From NCBI GenBank assembly GCA_951406725.2, contig OX597829.1, positions 15,810,001-15,874,000 on the forward strand: a stretch of DNA of 64,000 bases. Direction: 5' to 3'. The notes under the pieces are model-generated. The model saw only the letters and a list, made by a program, of their open reading frames with translations, was not told where the DNA came from and did no database searches. The stretch is from Octopus vulgaris (Eukaryota). Below are positions 55,547 to 64,000 of the stretch, piece after piece. The translations under genes and the position numbers were made by a program. Within the stretch, counting starts at the first letter, position 1. Every line of letters begins with the position of its first letter.

Positions 55547-58500
55547 AGCCGACTACGGCTGCTATAATGGTACGATTATAATTGTAACGGCAATGATGGC
55601 CGTCTCCCCACGAGCCAATCAAAGCTAAAAAATGATAACATTATCGTAGCACCAAAATGTTTTTGGAAACTAAAGGAAAACTAAATCAGTATACCAAATC
55701 GCTTGTCCTATGGTTAATCTGGAAGCGCGTCCCCCAGGGAAGAGCCAACCTGGGATCGAAAAGTCATCAACTGGCACAAACTCTTCTCCGAATACGGACA
55801 TGGATGGTCACTTGAACAGGAAATCCCCCAACTCGAGCCCTCCAAGTTCACCATCACAACCACCACAGAAAGAAAAATGTAAGCGGAACAAATGGACCCG
55901 AGAAGAGTATAAAGAAGTAATATACGCTTATTACTATGCATTAGGTAGGCCATCTCAAGAGAGACACACCGCAAACTCTTACAGTATATGGAGAACACGG
56001 AATCAAGACAGTAGGCCCTATTTGGACGAGAACAAATTAGCAAATTTGAGGAGGGATATCCTTAGAAATAACAGACTCACAGACAGTGAAATAAGCGCGA
56101 TCAAGCACGCAACGGAAAATGACATAAATATAAGACACAAAGGAAATGAAGAATCAGATGAACAGTATAGCCCGCCACGAGGCTTAATTGAAAGACTGCC
56201 ATCTGACCAAAGTACGCAAAGGCCTGGAGATACAAGAAATTCTATTGTACCTGTTAAAGATAGCCAGGAAAACGAAAAAACAACAGTAACTGAAGATCTC
56301 GCATTTGCTGAAGAACACAGAGAGTCTATGGCAGAAATGAGGCAGAAAATCCTGAATACGCTTGAAGTTGTAAGACATACAAGTATGAATGATAGAGAAC
56401 CACTTCATAAACTCTCAAATACAAACCAAAATAAAAAACAAATCCAAATTGGCAACTATGTAACAAATGAAATAATACGAGAATTAAAACCTGATTTTAC
56501 TGAGTTAAATGAAATTATTTACGCTTTTGCTAGGGCAATTGAAACCAGCTGTATGCCCCCGAAAAAACAAAGAAAACAAAACCTGGGAAGAAATCAAACC
56601 TGGAGAAGTAAAATTGAAAAAGAGATTGAATTTATGAGAGGGGAAATATCAATATTAAATGAACTAATATGTCGAAATGATGTAAGATCCAGAAGAGGAA
56701 GAAAGTTGAAGAGAAAATTTGGATCCTCACCAAGAGAAGAACTGATATCAATAAAAGAAACGCTGAAACAAAAAGTCCAAGCAAAAGCCCAAAGAATACG
56801 AAGATTTGAGAAGAGAAACAAGTTTTACAAGCAAAATAAGCTGTTCACATCCAATGCCAAAAAATTCTACAGAGAAATAGGGAAGGAGAAAGTAACCGTT
56901 AAAGACCCCCCTCCCATGGAAGAAGTTCAAAACTTTTGGAAAAGGATTTGGAGTGACAAGAAGACGTACAACATAAATGCAGACTGGATTATACAAACTG
57001 AAGGATCCTACCAAAATTTACAACAACAAGCATGGGAAGACATCACAATAGCAGACCTAAGAAAGGCACTCACGAAGGCCCATAATTGGAAATCCCCCGG
57101 TAAAGATAGGGTGCCGAATTTCTGGCTCGCATCGCTCCCATGCGCACACGGTAAGCTAGTTCAGCTGCTCAATGGAATTATGAGAGACCCAAAGAAAACA
57201 CCTGAATGGTTAGCAAGTGGCATTACTTACCTACTCCCAAAGAATAACGAAACCAACCTTCCAAAAGCCTATCGGCCTATAACCTGTCTATCCACCACGT
57301 ATAAAATCCTAACATCTATCCTGGCGGAGAAAACATATGCATTCATGGAGAAGAACGATATTTTCCCCATTGAACAAAAAGGGTGCCGCCGAGGCTCTTA
57401 CGGATGCAAAGATCAACTGCTAATCAATCGTATGATCCTTGAGAACTGTCACAACAAGCGCAGAAATCTCAGCACCGCATGGATTGACTATAAAAATGCC
57501 TTCGACAGTATACCGCATCCATGGAGATTGAGATCGCTGGACATCTTCAAAATTTCCCCCTGTGATTTCAAACTTCCTGAAGCACAATATGTCGTTGTGG
57601 AATACGAATCTCCAATTATACCACTCTAATGGAGTACTTGCCTCAGAAAATATAAACATCAACTGTGGAATTTTTCAAGGTGACTCACTTTCACCTTTAA
57701 TATTCTGCATAGCCCTAATACCCCTTACAAGTGAATTAAACAGAACAGGGTATGGGTATAAAATTGCCAATAAAAAAATAAGCCATCTATTTTATATGGA
57801 TGACTTAAAACTTTATGGTAAAGACAATAATGAACTTGAAGGCCTATTGCGCACCGTGAAAGCATTCAGCGATGACATCGGGATGGAGTTTGGACTTGAG
57901 AAGTGTGCCAAGGCCACTTTCCAGAAAGGGAAAGTGAAGACCACAAATTCAGTCGTGTTAGATGTTAACACAGTCATAAGAGAGCTTGAGCAAGAACAAA
58001 CATACAAATATTTAGGGATAAATGAAGGCTCTGGTATTCAGCATACAAGCATGAAAGAGAAGATCAGGAAGGAATGTTATAGGAGAGTTCGTGCAGTCCT
58101 GAAATCTGAACTAAATGCACGTAACAAGGTGTTAGCTATAAATTCCTTAGCAGTTCCAGTTGTTACTTATAGCTACAATGTGTTGAACTGGAATATGAGT
58201 GAAGTAAAGAATATAGATAGGAAAATACACAAGCTGCTGAGTTGTAATAGGATGCACCACCCAAAGGCAGACGTAGATCGCCTTTACCTTCCCAGAGCCC
58301 AAGGAGGTCGAGGCCTGATCCAATTTGAACTAGCTTACAAAACAACCACAATTGGACTGGCCAAATATCTCGAAATATCGAATGACTGGATGCTAAAGCT
58401 CGTGGAAAATCACGAGAGACGAAAGAAGCTTCATTCTATTATAAAGGAAAGCAAAAAATTTGCTATTGATCTCGTGCAGGATACCCAAACTGAACAACCC

Positions 58501-59516
58501 GAGGGAAGTACGGCAACTATTGTTGCAAAGAAGGTGAAAATGATGGCAACGAAAAAAGCGCACGAGCAATTGGCTGATAGGTGGGAGGAGAAACCTCTGC
58601 ACGGCAAATATGTAACCCGCAGCAAACAAGCTGATGTTGACCAGAAGCAAACCCATCAGTGGCTACGGAGCTCAGGGCTAAAAGCAGAGAGCGAAGGTTT
58701 CATCCTGGCTGCTCAAGATCAAAGCCTATTAACCCGGAACTACCAGGCCAATGTGATGAAAAATGGAGCAGACCCAAAATGCCGATTCTGCAACGACATG
58801 ATTGAAACAGTGGACCACCTAATCTCTGGATGTAAAGTCTTAGCACCAGTGGAGTATAAATTAAGACATGACAGAGTTGGCCAATATCTACACTGGCTAA
58901 TAAGTCGGCATTACAATATCAAAACTGCCGACAAGTGGTATAATCACCACCCTGAGGCTGTAACTGAAGGAGAAAATGTAACCATTCTGTGGGACTTTCC
59001 AGTACATACAGACCGAACCATCAAGGCCAATAAACCAGATATTGTTGTGAAAGACCAAAACAATAAAGTTTGCTTATTGATCGACATGAGCATCCCTTGT
59101 GATCATAATATCTCGGCGAAAGAGTTTGACAAGCTCAGAAAATATAAAGACCTACTCATTGAAATTGAGAAAATGTGGCATCTCAAGGCGGTTACAATAC
59201 CAGTGATCGTAGGAGCACTAGGAATGATCAAGAAGGGAACCGAAAATTATATGAGAATGATCCCTGGCTTACCATCCCTGCAAGAAGTGCAAAAGATTGT
59301 CTTAACTGGTACATCACACGTATTGAGAAGAGCATTGTCGATGTGAGAACTGTTGCTGCTCATGTATTTTAATTTAACTTAAAAAAAAAAAAAAAATGAA
59401 CGAACTATTGAGTTTGGTTTAATGGCCTACCAATGTATACTATGAGTTTCTTTGCCCTAGGAGTCGGGAAGACACTCGGCAAGAAATGGAAGCAAATTTG
59501 AAAGAAGAAAAAAAAA

Positions 59517-59517
<1 letters not shown>
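55547..59517 (+). mobile_element. Near full-length Dong/R4-clade non-LTR retrotransposon inserted in (TAA)n
   Basis: Single RT+RLE ORF, ~170 bp 3' UTR, A-rich tail, AATAATAA on the 5' side and about 20 TAA units on the 3' side. Dong elements are known to target TAA repeats. Confidence 0.9.
55710..59346 (+). CDS. RT + CCHC knuckle + restriction-like endonuclease polyprotein (1211 aa if one C is removed from C5 at 57556-57560)
   Basis: YRPITCLSTTYK, QKGCRRGSYGCKDQL, WIDYKNAFDS, GIFQGDSLSPL, LFYMDDLKLY, YKYLG, CRFC..ETVDHLISGC, RHD, KPDIV..LIDMSIP..KYKDL; one frameshift joins the 639 aa and 594 aa ORFs. Confidence 0.9.
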
Positions 59518-59578
<61 letters not shown>

Positions 59579-59579
<1 letters not shown>

Positions 59580-59770
59580 GCATCGAAAAGTAGCTTAGGA
59601 ATGAGAACCTAGGTTCGAAATTTCCCCAAGACACCTGATGAAGGCTGGAGGGTATATCAGCCGAAACGTTGTTTTAACAACAAACAAAATGAGGACTATT
59701 ATTCGCCAAATGTAAATGATGTAAATAATGTAAATAATGTAAATAATTCCTCATCTCTTAAATATAGAAC
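59579..59770 (+). mobile_element. HHR-bearing repeat (family D) with (TGTAAATAA)n near its 3' end
   Basis: Homolog of 53292-53455; preceded by (AAT)n. Confidence 0.8.
59630..59675 (+). ncRNA. Minimal type I hammerhead ribozyme, canonical core
   Basis: GACAC-CTGATGA-A-GGCTG(gagggtatat)CAGCC-GAAA-CG-TT-GTTTT; 5-bp stem II and palindromic AACGTT. Confidence 0.78.
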
Positions 59771-60019
59771 TGTGTATTTGTTAGAGTATTCATTATATCT
59801 TTGCCTATACCTGTATCTATATACCTTTACTGTATATACTTTATTATATTTATTTAATTTTTATATTCTTTTTGTGTGCTTATATTTACAACAGAAACAT
59901 TGAGTTGATTTTCATATATAAACGTTTGACAAAACGATTTCCATATCATATTTATGTAATTTAATAATTACAAGTACTTATGTAATTAATGACATGTTGT
60001 TTTCTTCTTATATGGATTT

Positions 60020-60171
60020 TTACTCTTTTGTTCTTTTACTAGTTTCAGTCATTTCACTGTGGCCATGCTGGAGCACAGCCTTGAAGTGTTTTAGTCGAAG
60101 AAATCGACCCCAGTGCTTATTCTTGGTAGATATACAAACACAGACACACACACACACACAGAGGCACACGT

Positions 60172-60243
<72 letters not shown>

Positions 60244-60856
60244 AGGCGCAGTGGCCCAGTGGTTAGGGTAGCGGACTCGCGGTTGTAGGATCGCGTTTTC
60301 GAGTCCCAGACCGGGCGTTGTGAGTATTTATTGAGCGAAAACACCCTAAGCTCCACGAGCCTCCGGCAGAGGGTGGTGGCGATCCCTGCAGTACTCTTTC
60401 GCCACAACTTTCTCTCACTCTTTCTTCTGTTGGCCTGCTCTCTTAGCCAACGGGGTGGCGTCATTTGAAGGCTAAAACAATGCGAAGCGCATTGTGACCA
60501 GCGATGTGTAGCAACATCTGATAGCCTGGTCTGTCACGGGGATCACGGTGATATATATATATATACGATCCGAAATCTGCGATGAGGGATCAGTTTCTGA
60601 CTGAAGAATGAAGGCTTGAATGACTTGTTTGTCTTTTTGTTCGTCTCTTCGTGTATTTCACGTTATTTATTTATGTAAAGGTCTATTATATATATATATA
60701 TGTACGACGAGCTTCTTTCAGTTTCTGTCTACCAAATCCACTCTCAAGGTTGTGATCGGCCCGAGGTTGTAGTAAAAGACACTTATCTAATGTGCCACGC
60801 AGTGGGACTGAACCCAGAACCATGTAGCTGGGAAGCAAGCTTCTTACCACACACCT
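60020..60856 (-). mobile_element. S2 SINE interrupted in its (TA)n by an S3 SINE and extra sequence
   Basis: S2 tail at 60020-60150 and S2 head at 60703-60856. Confidence 0.75.
60241..60551 (+). mobile_element. tRNA-derived SINE, group S3 (head A, third tail type)
   Basis: GGAGGCGCAGTGGCCCAGTGGTTAGGG..; flanked by (TA)n. Confidence 0.85.
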
Positions 60857-61788
60857 ACGTCTGTGGAAACAGTTGTAGGAAACAGCAACAGAAATTTCTT
60901 AAATGTTAGTGAGATAATTCATTTTCTGTTCCTCCAAATATTCTGCTCTGAATATCCATTTCAGAAAATTTTAGACTTTATGTGATATCATACAAGTTAT
61001 TGCTATCGTATTGAAGAAATAATATATTTATTACAAGTTAAAGAACTGACATCTTGCATTTAGTAGATTTTTTCAGTGAATACGCAATATTTCAAGATAT
61101 ATATATATACCTATACATGTATATGCATATCTACAAACACACGTATGTGTGTGAGTGCGTGAGTGTGTGTGTTTGTGAGTGCGTGATTGAGCATATATAT
61201 ATATATACACATATATGTGTGCATATATATGTATGTGGATGTATATATATATATATACACACACATATATGTGCGCATATATATGTATGTGGATGCATAT
61301 ATGTGTGTGTGCGTGTGTGTGTGTGTGTAAATATATATATATTGCGAGAAAGAATGAAAGAGAGAGAGAGGGAGAGGGAGAGAGAGAGAGAGAGAGGGAG
61401 AGAGAGAGAGAAAGAAATTTCACTTATACCAAACATTTTGGAAAAGCACTCGGCAACGATTCAGAGTAAATACACTACTTAGATTATTTTTAGATATTTT
61501 TTTAAAGAATATTTTTCAGCTATGCACGTTTTCAGCATATGACATTTCAATTCTGCAAAATATTGCACACAAAAATTCAAATCTTTTTCGATCCCCTGGT
61601 TTCTGTTTAAACATAATATTACTTGACCGAATCCCTAACACCAGAACCTAGCCTTAAATACCTACTCTAACTACAACTCCGGCTCTAAGCTTCCCATGAT
61701 GCAGTTCTCGCGATTTAGAGAAAGTTCTAACGTTGTGCCTCGACAGTTCTTCATGTGACATTGTTATTATGAAATATACATATAAAAA

Positions 61789-62157
61789 TGCGGCGAGCTG
61801 GCAGAGACGTTAGCACGCCGAGTGAAATGCTTAGCGGTATTTCGTCTGCCGTTACGTTCTGAGTTCAAATTCCGCCGAGGTCGACTTTGCCTTTCATCCT
61901 TTCGGAGTCGATTAAATATGTACCAGTTACGCACTGGGGTCGATGTAATCGGCTTAATCCGTTTGTCTGTCCTTGTTTGTGCCCTCTGTGTGTAGCCCCT
62001 TGTGGGTAATAAAGAAATAGAAATAGGTATTTCGCCTGTCTTTACCTTTCATTCTTTCGGGGTCGATAAATAAAGTACCATTTGCGTACTGGGGTCGATA
62101 TAATCGACTGGCCCCACTCACCCAAAATTTCGGGATTTGTGCCTTGAGCAGAAAAGA
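61789..62157 (+). mobile_element. S1 SINE followed by a second 3' module
   Basis: Full head, core and tail, then a partial repeat of the core with the alternative tail. Confidence 0.87.
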
Positions 62158-62404
62158 ATATACCTATAAAAGTAGTATCCCTTATGGTAGAAACGATTAA
62201 CAAAGCAAATCTGTAATAAATGTGTATATAATAATTTTCTGTAATAATGTATATATATATATACACTCAGATACACACATATACATATACAAATATATAT
62301 TTGCCTATGTACATATATCTAACAAACCTTTATGCATATATGAGTGTATACACGCACAAATAAGTTATATATATATACATGAATATATATATGTATGTGT
62401 GTTC

Positions 62405-62603
62405 TTTTATTCTTTTACTTGTTTCAGTTAGTTGCCTGCGGCCATGCTGAAGCACCGCCTTAAACGGTGTTTGTCCAACAAATATTCTTTATAAGCCCAG
62501 TTTTATATTCCACCGGTCTCTTTTACCGAACCGTTAAGTTACGGGCACAGCATCGGTGGTCAAGTGATGGCGGGGAGACAAACACAGACACGCACACGAA
62601 TAT

Positions 62604-62640
<37 letters not shown>

Positions 62641-63129
62641 ACCATCCCCAAATACAAGAATATATGTGTGTGTGTGTGTATGTGTGTGTGTATGTGTGTG
62701 TATGTGTATTGTTATATTTGGGGATGGTCACATTGTCAGTTTAGCCAATGAAAACACACGCACTATATATTTGGTGTTCACTTGCTTCAGCTTTATTTTA
62801 TAGTAATTGTATTTCGGCCATATTTCTTTCCTCACAATTCTATGACCCCATCAGTAGTGCTTTGCTTTCTTCTTTTTTTTTTTTTTTGTCTGTCTCTCCT
62901 TACTAATGATCTGCCATTTTGAAGAAAGCAAAGGACCACTGATGAGGTCACACAAGTGTAACGGAAGAACTCTGGCCGAAATACAATTAATATAAAATAA
63001 AGCTGAAACAAGTGAACACCAAATATATAGAGCGTGTGTTTCCATTGGCTAAACTGACAACATCAACATCCCCAAATACAACAAAATCTGTTTCAACACA
63101 CAAGAATCTTGCAAAATGAATATATAAAC

Positions 63130-63212
<83 letters not shown>

Positions 63213-63390
63213 TATACATATATATATACGACCGACTTCTTTCAGTTTCCGTCTACCAAATCCACTCACAAGGCTTTGGCTGGCCCGAGGCTATAGTAGA
63301 AGACACTTGCCCAAGGTGTCACGCAGTGGGACTGAATCCGGAATCATGTGGTTGGTAAGCAACCTACTTACCACACAGCCACTTCTACAC
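62405..63390 (-). mobile_element. S2 SINE interrupted by an inverted pair of family C repeats
   Basis: S2 tail at 62405-62600 and S2 head at 63228-63390. Confidence 0.8.
62704..63085. repeat. Head-to-head inverted pair of family C repeats, each with an HHR-like core
   Basis: 62704-62873 is the reverse complement of ~62921-63085; plus copy CTGATGA-GGTCA..TGGCC-GAAA at 62939-62981. Confidence 0.8.
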
Positions 63391-63428
63391 CTACATGCAT
63401 ATATGTTTATATATATATTATTTATATA

Positions 63429-63510
<82 letters not shown>

Positions 63511-64000
63511 GACAGACAGACAGACAAACAGACAGATTGAAAAAGAGAGCGAGGGAGATAGACAGATAGACTTTATATATGTATATATATCATATATGTA
63601 TGTAAGTAGGTAGGTAGGTAGGTAGGTAGGTAGGTAGGTAGGTAGGTCTGTTGGTTGGTAGGTAGTCACACTTGTTGATCTATTAATGAATACAGACTAT
63701 TGTCATTTTCAGTTACAGCCAGATAAGATTTCGGAGTGCGTGTGTGTGTGTATGTGTGTATATGTGTGTGTGTCTGTGTCTGTGTGTGTGTTCGTAATCG
63801 ACAGAAGAAGGACAACTGTTGTTGTAAAGTTACCAGCACTTTAAATCTTCCTGTTTATTTCCTGTTAGCTCATGTTAGCTCATATACACCTCACACCAAT
63901 CCTTCGCCTCCTTCCTATATATTCTAACACAAATGTATATTCATATAACCATATGTATATACCTACCTACCTACCTACATACATACATACATACATACAT

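Noticed and set aside
60566-60612. Permuted hammerhead-like GATCC-GAAA..GATGAG-GGATC
   Set aside because: Core lacks CUG and stems I/III cannot be formed

Overview
AT-rich, microsatellite-saturated animal genomic DNA (intergenic or intronic). The repeat repertoire resembles Octopus, which is an inference from recognition of the SINE and LINE types. No host protein-coding exon could be supported, and nearly all listed ORFs are translations of simple repeats. Real content: (1) a Neptune-type Penelope-like element (PLE; 17297-22996) with RT, GIY-YIG and two ~1.2 kb direct pseudo-LTRs; (2) a nearly intact Dong/R4-type RLE LINE (about 55547-59517, one frameshift) inserted in (TAA)n; (3) two 5'-truncated CR1-like LINE ends, plus mariner, RTE, RLE-LINE and older PLE relics; (4) many tRNA-derived SINEs; (5) a 4.2 kb array of a 21-bp minisatellite. 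The most notable signal is about a dozen minimal hammerhead-ribozyme (HHR)-like motifs in at least five repeat families. They include canonical cores, a recurrent A6U variant and a U3:A8 compensated variant, and they repeatedly occur as inverted pairs or palindromes inside TA/AAT microsatellites. One family may be fused to a tRNA-like Pol III head. All coordinates were read by eye; SINE and relic boundaries are approximate.
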